DNA of 59,880 nt, counting the filler, from Candidatus Woesearchaeota archaeon (GTDB taxonomy: Archaea; Nanobdellota; Nanobdellia; Woesearchaeales; JACPBO01): NCBI GenBank assembly GCA_016180285.1. It is 3 parts of 3 records of this genome, joined end to end, with 100 filler letters (N's around TTAATTAATTAA, not from the genome) between each part and the next. Parts side by side here need not be neighbours in the genome. Positions count along the whole stretch, not along the records: positions 16,980 to 47,141 come from JACPBO010000044.1; 2 more parts are not named here. One strand, written 5' to 3'. The notes under the pieces are model-generated. The model had not been told where the DNA came from. It worked only from the letters and a program-made list of their open reading frames with translations, and ran no database searches. The first letter of the stretch is position 1, and every line of letters starts with the position of its first letter. The position numbers were made by a program, and so were the translations under genes. Shown piece by piece: positions 17,263 to 26,783 of the stretch.

Positions 17263-18549
17263 ATGGGCAAAAAAATAGTAATTTCAATTGTAACAATTGC
17301 AATTTTTATTGTATTAATTATTACAGCTTTTTCTTGGTACTTGAGTCTGCATTCAGAGAAATTATCTCTTGTCAAGGTAAATACCTATGATGTGACTCCA
17401 AAGACCAACGAGCCACTTAAGTCTTGGAGGCCTGAAATCCAGAAAATAGGGGATAAGTTCTATTACGCTTTTAATACAGGAGAAAGATTTGCCCTTGTTA
17501 TCCTTGATGAGAATTTTAATCAGGAAGGCTATCTTAATCTTTTTTCAGGAGACAATGCAGGTTATTTTCCCACAGACATAAGAACCTCCAGGGATGATAA
17601 AGGGAATTTTTGGTATGCTTTCGAGAATGCCCGGCGCAACAAGACTGCTTTAATTGAGAAATGTGAGCAAGAGAAAAGGTGCGATATCAATAAAAACGGC
17701 ATTGCGATTTATTCTGCAATTTCGCTAATAAAAATCAAGACTGAAGCAATTTCCGGGTGCGTCACTTCCCCAGAGCTGATTCAGCTGGTTGGTGAAAATT
17801 GCTTTAAAGGAAAACATGCCAGCGATGACCCTACGCCTTTCTTTCATAATGGCAGATATTATGTCTTGAGAAGGTCGCACTTTAGCCCTGTCCAGAATAT
17901 AATAGAATATGACTCTGAATTTAATGAGCTAAATAGGTATATTATAGATTTATCAAGCTTCATCGGGGATAATGGTGTGTCCCAGAATACTGTTGTAGAG
18001 ATTGATGGAAAATTATACCTGATTGGGGGCGTTGGAATTGGGAAGCCAATTGCTCCAGATTCTGCATCTTCTATTTATGCCTTTGAGTTGGCTTATGATC
18101 TAAATTCTGCTTCCAATTCTATAAAGCTTACAAATTATGCAGGGGAATTCAATACCCGAGTTACTTCTGCGCGATATAAAGATGGAATATTGTACATAAC
18201 CTACCTTAACAATCATCAAGATGATTTCTCGATGTATCTTGAGGCTTTTGATGTAAAAAATAATTTTGCATCTCTTAGCAGGGTCAGGGCTTTTGACTGG
18301 CGTGAGAATAATATTGAGGTTTCAGGCGATAAAATTTATGTCGCTTATGTTGGCGATGATTACAGGCTATATCTGGCAGAATTTGAATGGAGAAAAGGAG
18401 GCTCTGAGAGTGAACAAACCACTAATCAAGTTAATGCAAAACAAACACTTAAACAACAAAACAAAGACCAGACACATCCTTATTGCGGCGACGGCATCTG
18501 CGGGCCTGTGGAGAAAGAAAAGGGAATTTGCCCGCAGGATTGCCAGTAA
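17263..18549 (+). CDS. Secreted/membrane-anchored beta-rich protein with C-terminal CGDGxC...CPQDC motif
   Basis: N-terminal hydrophobic anchor, beta-propeller-like body, CGDGICGPVEKEKGICPQDCQ. Confidence 0.8.
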   Translation: MGKKIVISIVTIAIFIVLIITAFSWYLSLHSEKLSLVKVNTYDVTPKTNEPLKSWRPEIQKIGDKFYYAFNTGERFALVILDENFNQEGYLNLFSGDNAGYFPTDIRTSRDDKGNFWYAFENARRNKTALIEKCEQEKRCDINKNGIAIYSAISLIKIKTEAISGCVTSPELIQLVGENCFKGKHASDDPTPFFHNGRYYVLRRSHFSPVQNIIEYDSEFNELNRYIIDLSSFIGDNGVSQNTVVEIDGKLYLIGGVGIGKPIAPDSASSIYAFELAYDLNSASNSIKLTNYAGEFNTRVTSARYKDGILYITYLNNHQDDFSMYLEAFDVKNNFASLSRVRAFDWRENNIEVSGDKIYVAYVGDDYRLYLAEFEWRKGGSESEQTTNQVNAKQTLKQQNKDQTHPYCGDGICGPVEKEKGICPQDCQ

Positions 18550-18612
18550 TTATGTGAATGTTTAACTTGATTTTCAACAACTTTTTTAAAGGATATTCAT
18601 TTCCTTTATGTT

Positions 18613-19674
18613 ATGATAGCTATTGATGGCAATTATCTTGAAGGCGGAGGCCAGATCGTAAGGACAGCCCTTGCTCTATCAGCTATAACAGGCAAATCTT
18701 TTGAAGTTCATGATATACGGAAAGGAAGAAAGGATCCAGGCCTTAAGGCCCAGCATCTTTACTGCATTAAGTCATTAGGCCAATTATGCAATGCCAAAAC
18801 TGAAGGAGCTGAACTTGGCTCAACTTATCTTAAATTTGAGCCTGATAGAATAAAGGCAAAAGATATTGAGATTGACATTGGAACTGCCGGATCAATAACT
18901 CTTTTATTGCAGTCCTTATTGCTGCCCTGCCTGTTTGCCGATAAAAAGATGAAGCTTGCAATAAAAGGCGGGACAGACGTGTCATGGAGCATGCCTTTTG
19001 ATTACTTCAGAAATGTTTTTATTCCGCATGTTGGTGGTTTCTGCAGCAAGCTCAATGTTGATCTGATAAGAAGAGGCCATTATCCTAAAGGCGGAGGCGT
19101 GGTTGAGATTGACATCAAGCCGAAATATAAATTGAGTGATTTTAAGAATTTTGAAGAGTTTTATTGTTTTTTAAAAAAAGAAAATAAAAAAATCGAACTA
19201 ACAGAGCGTGGCGAATTAATAAAGATAAAAGGCATATCGAATGCAACAAAAAGCCTGGAAAAAGCAAATGTTGCTGAAAGGCAAAGCTCAGCTGCAAAAT
19301 CCCTGCTTAAAAAATATGGCTGCCCCATCGACATTCTGTCAGAATACTGCGACAGCTATTCTGACGGCAGCGCAATTGTCCTGTGGGCTGTTTTCCAGAA
19401 TGCAATAATCGGGGCAGACTGCCTGGGGGAGAGGGGCAAGAAAGCAGAGATTGTCGGGGAAGAAGCTGCAAAAAAGCTTGCTGAAGAGATAAGCTCAGGA
19501 GCTGCTGTTGATGAGCATCTTGCAGACAACTTAATTCCGTTTTTAGGCCTTTTTGGAGGGAAGATAAAAACATCGAAGATCAGCAATCATACATTGACGA
19601 ACATTTACGTTGTTGAGAATTTTCTGGATGTGGAGTTTAGTGTTGATGAGAAAGAGAAAATAATTTCTATCTAA
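18613..19674 (+). CDS. rtcA: RNA 3'-terminal phosphate cyclase
   Basis: IDGNYLEGGGQIVRTALALS, PGLKAQH, GTAGSITL, RGHYPKGGG, HLADNL, SNHTLTN. Confidence 0.96.
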   Translation: MIAIDGNYLEGGGQIVRTALALSAITGKSFEVHDIRKGRKDPGLKAQHLYCIKSLGQLCNAKTEGAELGSTYLKFEPDRIKAKDIEIDIGTAGSITLLLQSLLLPCLFADKKMKLAIKGGTDVSWSMPFDYFRNVFIPHVGGFCSKLNVDLIRRGHYPKGGGVVEIDIKPKYKLSDFKNFEEFYCFLKKENKKIELTERGELIKIKGISNATKSLEKANVAERQSSAAKSLLKKYGCPIDILSEYCDSYSDGSAIVLWAVFQNAIIGADCLGERGKKAEIVGEEAAKKLAEEISSGAAVDEHLADNLIPFLGLFGGKIKTSKISNHTLTNIYVVENFLDVEFSVDEKEKIISI

Positions 19675-21295
19675 GCATCGCCAGATTTATATCATTATAA
19701 AGCTCCCTTATTGTGTTCAGAAGGATTCTCCTTTCATCTTCTTCAAGCTTCATGCTGTAGAACTGATCCCTTAGCTGGCTGTAGAACTGCTTTGCTGCGA
19801 TCAGCTGGCCTGACTCAATTGCATCCCTGCAGTTTTTTATCAAGGCATCAAATTTGCCAGGCTCTGCCTCTACTTTCTTCGGCCTTCTTTCAAAATATTC
19901 AGCGCTTTTAATGCCTTTTGGAGAGAGTTTCTGCTTTGTCAGATCAACAAACTCATTAAATTCTTTCTCTTCGATCTCTTCAGCTTCATCTGAATAGCGC
20001 TGCTCTTTGTTTTTAAGGTGCAAGAATTCCTTTTCCATTGCGCCTTCCCTTCTATCCAGCTCTTTTTCCTTGTCCTTAAGCATTTCCTTTGTCACAACAG
20101 ACTGCAGCATTATCTGATCCAGTTTTCTCTGCTCTTCATTAATCTTCTTGCTCAGCTTTTCATGCATATCTTCCAATGAAGGCAGGTCTGCTTTTAGTTC
20201 TTTAATGCGTCCAGCCTTTTCCCTGTCTCTTCTTGATTGCTCTTTTTCTTTTGCAAGCATCAATCTGTCATATTCGAGCTTTTTCTGCAGCTTATCCATA
20301 TATGCCAGTTTTTTATTCACTTCAAATTCCTTCTTATCTATTGTCTGCCTCTCTGAAGTTATCTTCCCAACTGTGGCTATGATTTCAGAATCCTTTTTCT
20401 CAAGATTTGCTATATCCTCTTCAATCTTATTGACTTGCGCTGAGAAATCTGCAACACCCATAAATTGCGTGACAGCATCCAGTTTTTTCTCCTTCTCCAT
20501 CCATGCGCCTGCCAACTGCTTCAATCTTTCTTTCTGCTCAGTTAAAAGGACTTGAAGCTGATCCTTGCTTTTCGCTATCTGCCCCTGGAATTGCTTCAAT
20601 ATTAATGCTTTCTTTGCATTTATTTTTTCAAGCTCTGCTAATTCTCTCCTTCTTTCATCGTTTTCCTTTCTTGATGCAAGTATTGATTTTTCAAAATCGC
20701 TGCTTCTTTGATTGAAAAGATGCTCCTGCTTTGATATTTCATCTTCTTTCTTTTTTAATGATTTTTCCAATTCGTCAAGCTTTGCATACTTCCTCTTATC
20801 ACCGGATATTTGTTTCTTCTCAAATGTTAGCCTCTCTTCTTTGCCTAAAAGCTCGTTCTCTCTTTCTTTTATCTCATTTTCAATCTGCTTCAGAATATTC
20901 CTTCTTTCCCTCAGCTCATTATCATGCACGCGCCTTAAAGTTTCCAAGTAATCCAGATCGCGCTTATAGGCGTCTTCCCTTTCTTTCAGCTCTTTTTCCT
21001 TCTTATCCAAAGCTTTCTTTTTAACATCTATTGGCTTTTCAAGCAGGGCTGTTATTGCTGACCTTTCCCCTTCCCTGAGCTTTTTTTCCTCTTCTTCAAA
21101 TTTCGGCAGCTGCAATTTCTTGGAGGGCTGTTTTAACTCCTTCAGCTTAGGCAGCTCAGCCTTTTTCGGGGCTTCCTTTAATTTCATGGAAAAAGGCGAT
21201 GAATCTGGCGGTGGAGGCGGCGGTGGCATATCTATGTCTTTCATTGCTTCTGCCTCTTTTTTCCTTTTAAGTAGAGAATCTAATATCCCCATCAT
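19667..21295 (-). CDS. Long coiled-coil protein with N-terminal poly-Pro tract
   Basis: MPPPPPPPD then about 400 aa of heptads and a helical C-terminal domain. Confidence 0.8.
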   Translation of the reverse strand: MMGILDSLLKRKKEAEAMKDIDMPPPPPPPDSSPFSMKLKEAPKKAELPKLKELKQPSKKLQLPKFEEEEKKLREGERSAITALLEKPIDVKKKALDKKEKELKEREDAYKRDLDYLETLRRVHDNELRERRNILKQIENEIKERENELLGKEERLTFEKKQISGDKRKYAKLDELEKSLKKKEDEISKQEHLFNQRSSDFEKSILASRKENDERRRELAELEKINAKKALILKQFQGQIAKSKDQLQVLLTEQKERLKQLAGAWMEKEKKLDAVTQFMGVADFSAQVNKIEEDIANLEKKDSEIIATVGKITSERQTIDKKEFEVNKKLAYMDKLQKKLEYDRLMLAKEKEQSRRDREKAGRIKELKADLPSLEDMHEKLSKKINEEQRKLDQIMLQSVVTKEMLKDKEKELDRREGAMEKEFLHLKNKEQRYSDEAEEIEEKEFNEFVDLTKQKLSPKGIKSAEYFERRPKKVEAEPGKFDALIKNCRDAIESGQLIAAKQFYSQLRDQFYSMKLEEDERRILLNTIRELYNDINLAMLR

Positions 21296-21392
21296 TGGGA
21301 TAGGGAAATGCTTTATTTAAATACTTTTGTTGTATCTCTGGAAAGGTAAAAAACAAAAGATTTATAAGTATTATTTTACTTAGACAAATAAA

Positions 21393-21962
21393 ATGGAGCA
21401 AAATACAACAAGTAACATGGAAGAGAGGGAAAAAGAAATTAAAAACCACCATAGGACCTTAAGTGATAAAATCCTATCAGGAAGTAAACGGCTTTTCTTT
21501 GCAGGAGTTTTGGTAGGTCTCTTAAGTGGGGTTGGTTCGCTAATAAAAATAGCGTCCGTTACAGATAGGTATGAAAATGCTACGCCTATTGTTAGAACAT
21601 ACAATCAAGCACAACAATTATTAAGCTCCCTTAATGGGGTGAATCTTGAATTAAGCCACATCGTAGAATATGTAGTTCCTGAAACAATTCAAAAAAATCT
21701 GGATGAAGTTTTGGGGCAGCAGTGGACGGCTAGCCGACGTTTGGATGATGTCATCATGAAAGTTGAACAGAAGCTGGCAGAAATGAAGAACATTGAGGCA
21801 GTTGATGCATACCAAAAAAGAATTGATCGTATATATCATTATGGAACGAGGGGCGGAAATGTCGCTCTTGCGCTTATTGCACTCTCAATTCTATTTCCGT
21901 GTTGTTATTCTGCAACAAATATAAAAAAAGATGCAGAAATTTCAGTTTTGGCCAATCCTTAA
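21393..21962 (+). CDS. Hypothetical membrane protein (2 TM)
   Basis: Two hydrophobic segments flanking a helical domain. Confidence 0.65.
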   Translation: MEQNTTSNMEEREKEIKNHHRTLSDKILSGSKRLFFAGVLVGLLSGVGSLIKIASVTDRYENATPIVRTYNQAQQLLSSLNGVNLELSHIVEYVVPETIQKNLDEVLGQQWTASRRLDDVIMKVEQKLAEMKNIEAVDAYQKRIDRIYHYGTRGGNVALALIALSILFPCCYSATNIKKDAEISVLANP

Positions 21963-22010
21963 AAAGCGAAACAAAAAGATTTATAAATGACTTGCTTATT
22001 TTGTATAATC

Positions 22011-22187
22011 ATGATGGCTGAAAAATTATTATGCGGGACATGCAAGAGAAGAATTGCAAACAAAGAAGGCTCTGTTATCATCAAATGCCCCAGCTGCGGC
22101 AAAGGCGACATAGTGAGATGCTACCATTGCAGGGAGATCTCAGCAAAATACAAGTGCGACCAATGCGGTTTTGAAGGGCCAAATTAA
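22011..22187 (+). CDS. Double zinc-ribbon protein (DUF1610/HVO_2753-like)
   Basis: CxxC x4, ends CGFEGP; conserved position upstream of aEF-1beta. Confidence 0.9.
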   Translation: MMAEKLLCGTCKRRIANKEGSVIIKCPSCGKGDIVRCYHCREISAKYKCDQCGFEGPN

Positions 22188-22188
22188 A

Positions 22189-22464
22189 ATGGCAGTTGTC
22201 TATGTAACTATCAAAATAATGCCTGAAAGCCCTGATTCTGATTTAAGCAAAATAGAGGAATCTGCGAAAGAGCTTATTGTAAAATTCGGCGGCAATATTG
22301 CCCAAGCAGAGCATGAGCCTGTTGCTTTCGGGCTGAAGGCCGTGAAGATAATATTCTCCATGGATGAAAAGAAAGGCAGCACAGACCCGCTTGAAGACCT
22401 GTTAAGGAATGTTGATGAGGTTGAAAGCGTGGAAGTTGTAGATGTGAGAAGAGGAATTGGATGA
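22189..22464 (+). CDS. ef1b: Translation elongation factor aEF-1beta
   Basis: KIMPESPD.DL, EPVAFGLKA, VESVEVVDV. Confidence 0.95.
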   Translation: MAVVYVTIKIMPESPDSDLSKIEESAKELIVKFGGNIAQAEHEPVAFGLKAVKIIFSMDEKKGSTDPLEDLLRNVDEVESVEVVDVRRGIG

Positions 22465-23496
22465 TTATTTCAAAATTTTAATTAATTCATTTAATATCAT
22501 GTCTGATTTTATCCCTTCCGGATCGAAATGCGTCTCTGACGCCTTGTAGCCGATCTTTTTTATCTTTTCAATTATGACCTGCTTTTTAGGGATTGTTTTC
22601 AAGCGATTTCTTTCAGCTATTTTGGACATATTGTAAAATCCGATTGTATTTATTTTTGACTCATCTTTGATGATTCTTAACAGACTGTAGCTTTCTTCCC
22701 TGCTGTTTTTGGACATATTATCAACTAATTTTTCATCCCATAATGGCCCAATCCATAATGGACCGGCATTTTCAAACATCCCGTGCTGCCTTATGATTTC
22801 ATCAACCTCTTTTGTTCCCTTCTCACACCTTAAAAAAACCCTGAAGTAATGGTCTTTGTAATAAGAAAAAATCGGAGTCAGCGCCTTGTCATACTGCATG
22901 GCTATTAGCTGTATTTTTCTGATCAATATCCTCAATCCGATTTCATGCATCAGCTCGTTTCTTAACGGAACTGCCCAGTACTTTCTTTGGCATGCTTCCG
23001 GATAAGTGCCGCATAACGGAGCTGTGTCTGTTGCTGTAACTGCCAATATGCCTTCTCTTGAAAGCCTTTTTGCAGCAGAATCAAGGAAAGGATTTGGCGT
23101 TCCGAATGGGTCAATATCAATATAATCAAATCCAGATGAATTCAAAATAAACAGGTTTGCGTCTTCATTAGTTATTTTTATTTTTTTATTCTTGATCTTA
23201 TTTAATTTTAAATTGTTTTTAAAATGCCTTATAAAATCCTTCGAATAATCATTCACAGATATTTCTTTTATTTTATCTTCATTTAACTCCGATAAAAATC
23301 TTAGTGACCTTATACCGGAGCCAGCCAATGGATCTGCTATTTGGAAATTGGCTTTGTCTATTGTGTTTAACAGCAAAACTGAGATGTCCCTGTTCAGCTT
23401 CATCACTGGATTATAGAAGACTGGCATTTGTTTGGAGATCTTTTCAGCTTCTTTAATGTATATTTTTGCTCTTCCTTCCTGGATTGTTTGGTTCAT
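22465..23496 (-). CDS. trm1: tRNA (guanine26-N2)-dimethyltransferase
   Basis: VFYNPVMKLNRD, AGSGIRSLR, IDIDPFGTP, VTATDTAPLCG, HEIGLRIL. Confidence 0.95.
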   Translation of the reverse strand: MNQTIQEGRAKIYIKEAEKISKQMPVFYNPVMKLNRDISVLLLNTIDKANFQIADPLAGSGIRSLRFLSELNEDKIKEISVNDYSKDFIRHFKNNLKLNKIKNKKIKITNEDANLFILNSSGFDYIDIDPFGTPNPFLDSAAKRLSREGILAVTATDTAPLCGTYPEACQRKYWAVPLRNELMHEIGLRILIRKIQLIAMQYDKALTPIFSYYKDHYFRVFLRCEKGTKEVDEIIRQHGMFENAGPLWIGPLWDEKLVDNMSKNSREESYSLLRIIKDESKINTIGFYNMSKIAERNRLKTIPKKQVIIEKIKKIGYKASETHFDPEGIKSDMILNELIKILK

Positions 23497-23582
23497 AATG
23501 AACGTAGAATGTGAGCCAATATTAAAACCTTTTTATAGACAAAACAACAAACTTTAAAAGAACCCTTTTATTCCTTATTCTT

Positions 23583-25349
23583 ATGGCGCAGATCAGAAGC
23601 CTCATTTGCACAATAGTGGGGCATGTGGATCATGGAAAGACCTCAATTTTAGACAGAATTAGAGGCACTGCTGTTGCAAAAGGAGAGGCTGGCGGAATAA
23701 CCCAAGCAATAGGAGCTTCAATTATTCCGATTGAGGTGATCAAAAAGATATGCGGCAATTTACTTGCATCATTGAAGCTAAAGATAACTATTCCCGGCTT
23801 ATTGTTTATTGACACTCCTGGCCATGCTGCTTTCACAAACTTAAGGAAAAGAGGCGGAAATCTTGCAGATATCGCTATTGTTGTTATTGACATCAATGAG
23901 GGCTTTAAGCCGCAGACTATTGAGGCAATTGAGATCCTAAGGCAGTACAAGACGCCATTCATCATAGCTGCGAACAAGATTGATGTTATTGGCGGCTGGG
24001 CTTCTGACACTAGTGCAACTATTGTTTCCAACATTTCAAAGCAAAGCGAAAAAGTAAGGGAAGAGTTTGACAAAAAGCTTTATGCAATTGTTTCAAAGAT
24101 TTATGAAAAATTCAGCCTGAATGCAGAAAGATTTGACAGGGTTGAAGACTATACAAAGCAGATTGCCATTATCCCGACATCTGCAGTAAGCGGAGAGGGA
24201 ATTCCTGAATTGCTGATGGTTCTAACAGGATTGGCGCAGAAATTCTTAGAGGAAAATTTAAAGTTTGATGCTTCCGGAGATGCAAAAGGAACAGTTTTAG
24301 AAGTCAAGGAAGAAACCGGGTTGGGGAAAACAGTTGATGCAATAATCTATGACGGGCATTTAAACATAGGTGATACAATTGTAATCGGGGGCTTGGAAAA
24401 GCCAATCATAGCCAAAGTCAAGGCATTGCTGCAGCCAATGCCTCTTGCTGAAATGAGGGACAAAAAAACAAAGTTTCTTGCTGTAAAGGAAGTTTTTGCT
24501 GCAACCGGCGTTAAAATCTCTGCCCCCGATATTGAAGACGTTGTTGCCGGAATGCCCCTGAGAAGCGCAGGAAAGGAGCTTGAAAAAGCAAAAGAGGAAG
24601 TTCAGAAAGAAGTCGAGGAAGTGATGCTTGAAACATCAAAAGAAGGGGTTGTCATAAAAGCTGACAGCCTTGGCAGTTTGGAAGCTCTAAATAAAATGCT
24701 TGTTGAAAAAGGCATAAAAGTCCAAAAAGCCTCAATTGGCAATATAAACAAAAAAGACATCGGAGATGCAGAGTCAATGTTTGAGAAGGATCCTCTGCAG
24801 GCAGTTATTCTCGGCTTCAATGTTGAAAAAGAATCCGGCATTAAAAGCGAGAAAGCCAAAATAATTATGGGCAATATAATTTACAGGCTGATAGAAGAGC
24901 TTGAGAACTGGCAGGCAGAAGAAAAAAAGAAAGAGGAAACAAGGGAATTGGATCTATTAGTAAGGCCGTGCAAAATACAGGTTTTAACTGGTTATGTGTT
25001 CAGGCAGAGCCATCCTGCAATTGTCGGAGTGGAAATCTTAGTTGGCAAAGCAAAGGTTGACATGCCAATTATGAAAGCAGACGGAAAAGAGCTTTCAAAG
25101 ATAAGAAGCATGCAGGTAGAGCAGGAAAACGTAACAGCAGCTGAAAAAGGAAAGCAGATTGCAATGGCATTCGATAATGTTACAGTCGGAAGGCAGCTGT
25201 TTGAAGGCGATGTTCTTTATTCCTCGATCCCGGAAGGCAATTTCAGGAAATTAAAGACACTGACAAGGCTTCTTATGCAGGATGAGCTTAAGGTGATGAA
25301 AGAGATCGCAGAGATCAAAAGAAAAGAAGATTCAATGTGGGGGATTTAA
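23583..25349 (+). CDS. infB: Translation initiation factor aIF5B (IF-2)
   Basis: GHVDHGKT, GITQAIGA, DTPGHAAF, RGGNLAD, NKID. Confidence 0.97.
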   Translation: MAQIRSLICTIVGHVDHGKTSILDRIRGTAVAKGEAGGITQAIGASIIPIEVIKKICGNLLASLKLKITIPGLLFIDTPGHAAFTNLRKRGGNLADIAIVVIDINEGFKPQTIEAIEILRQYKTPFIIAANKIDVIGGWASDTSATIVSNISKQSEKVREEFDKKLYAIVSKIYEKFSLNAERFDRVEDYTKQIAIIPTSAVSGEGIPELLMVLTGLAQKFLEENLKFDASGDAKGTVLEVKEETGLGKTVDAIIYDGHLNIGDTIVIGGLEKPIIAKVKALLQPMPLAEMRDKKTKFLAVKEVFAATGVKISAPDIEDVVAGMPLRSAGKELEKAKEEVQKEVEEVMLETSKEGVVIKADSLGSLEALNKMLVEKGIKVQKASIGNINKKDIGDAESMFEKDPLQAVILGFNVEKESGIKSEKAKIIMGNIIYRLIEELENWQAEEKKKEETRELDLLVRPCKIQVLTGYVFRQSHPAIVGVEILVGKAKVDMPIMKADGKELSKIRSMQVEQENVTAAEKGKQIAMAFDNVTVGRQLFEGDVLYSSIPEGNFRKLKTLTRLLMQDELKVMKEIAEIKRKEDSMWGI

Positions 25350-25891
25350 TGATACCTTGCCTCAAACGGCAGCTCTGACTTTACTTTCTGCCTGATCTCG
25401 ATCTCTGAGAGATGGGGATACTGCACATGCTTCACTTCGTGAAACTTGACTTCTTCAAAATCTGAGCCGTACAATGTTTCAAGGATCTCTATCACATTCA
25501 ATCCGGGAAACGCCCTTCCCAAAACGCCAAATCCAAGGTGAGCCTGCGGCGCCCTTCTTATTGTTACACCTGACGGAATAAATGTGTAATGAGCCTCTGC
25601 AGGCTTTATGATCTTCGGAGAATAATAATAAATGGCTTTCGGCTTGTTTTTGTTTTTCTCTTTCTCCGCAATGTAAGAATATTCTATATTTTTGGTTTTA
25701 AACGGCTTTGTTTTAGGGATTTTAAGTTTTATTGCATTGATTCTTTCAGACTGTTTTTCTTCATTTTCTTTTTTACTTATTTCAATTTTTTTATCTGTTT
25801 CACTTTTATCAACATAATGCATCAGAATTCTATCTACATCAGTGTTCTGTATTTTTTCTATTGCTGTTTGGATCTCTAATAAAGGGTCCAT
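25346..25891 (-). CDS. Hypothetical protein with HEXXH motif
   Basis: GVLGRAF...HEVKH near C-terminus. Confidence 0.65.
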   Translation of the reverse strand: MDPLLEIQTAIEKIQNTDVDRILMHYVDKSETDKKIEISKKENEEKQSERINAIKLKIPKTKPFKTKNIEYSYIAEKEKNKNKPKAIYYYSPKIIKPAEAHYTFIPSGVTIRRAPQAHLGFGVLGRAFPGLNVIEILETLYGSDFEEVKFHEVKHVQYPHLSEIEIRQKVKSELPFEARYH

Positions 25892-25931
25892 AATAAGAGG
25901 AATTTTTTATAAGTATTTAATATTTCTTGTT

Positions 25932-26783
25932 TTACCCGACACAAACCTTGAAGAACGCATCAAACAGTTTCATGTCTGTTGAAACAGAAAAGAACCTTGC
26001 CCTTACATCATTGCATGCCTGCTCGATCTTTGCATTATGCTCGCCTAACTGCCCCTGGTATCTTTTCCTGAGATAGGGGCTTATATAAGTCTGCATAAGC
26101 TGCCCTGTTTCAGAATCCTTTAATTTGTAATCACCTTCCAGATTCAGGTCAACTTCAACCGGGTCAAGCACCTGTATCAGCTTTATTTCATGATGCTTCA
26201 GCCTGTAAAGGGTGTTTTTAATCTCCTCAGGATTATACAGGAAATCAGAGATTATCACAACAAGCGATTTTGATGTTATTAATTTTTTATATTTTGCAAG
26301 CGACTCTTCGAATTTCGAAAGCCCTTTCGGATCTTTCTCGGACAAGTAACTGAATATTGTAGCAAGCTGCCTTCTTCCCTTCCTGGGCCTGAATAACTCT
26401 AATTTATCAGAAAAAGTTGAAAGAACAAATTTTTCATTATTCTTCATTGCCAGATATGCAAAGCCCATGCCCAGCATTGAGGCATATTCTGCTTTCTTAA
26501 CCTGCTTCCCGAATTTCATGCTTGAGCTGAAGTCAAGCACAATGTGGATAACAAGATTGCGCTCTTCTTCATATCTCTTCACAAATAATTTATTGGTGCG
26601 GGCATAAACTCTCCAGTCAATTGTCCTAATATCCTCGCCAGGAGCATACATTGTGAAATCCTTGAAAACAAGCCCTTTGCCCCTGAACGGGGTTTTTCTC
26701 TCTCCGGAAAATGAAGAGGTTATCCTTTTATTTACAATTATGCTGAAACGGTCCAGCTGCTTAAGAAATTCGAGGTCAATCAT
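25932..26783 (-). CDS. DUF58 (vWA) protein
   Basis: [40 protein letters not shown]. Confidence 0.93.
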   Translation of the reverse strand: MIDLEFLKQLDRFSIIVNKRITSSFSGERKTPFRGKGLVFKDFTMYAPGEDIRTIDWRVYARTNKLFVKRYEEERNLVIHIVLDFSSSMKFGKQVKKAEYASMLGMGFAYLAMKNNEKFVLSTFSDKLELFRPRKGRRQLATIFSYLSEKDPKGLSKFEESLAKYKKLITSKSLVVIISDFLYNPEEIKNTLYRLKHHEIKLIQVLDPVEVDLNLEGDYKLKDSETGQLMQTYISPYLRKRYQGQLGEHNAKIEQACNDVRARFFSVSTDMKLFDAFFKVCVG

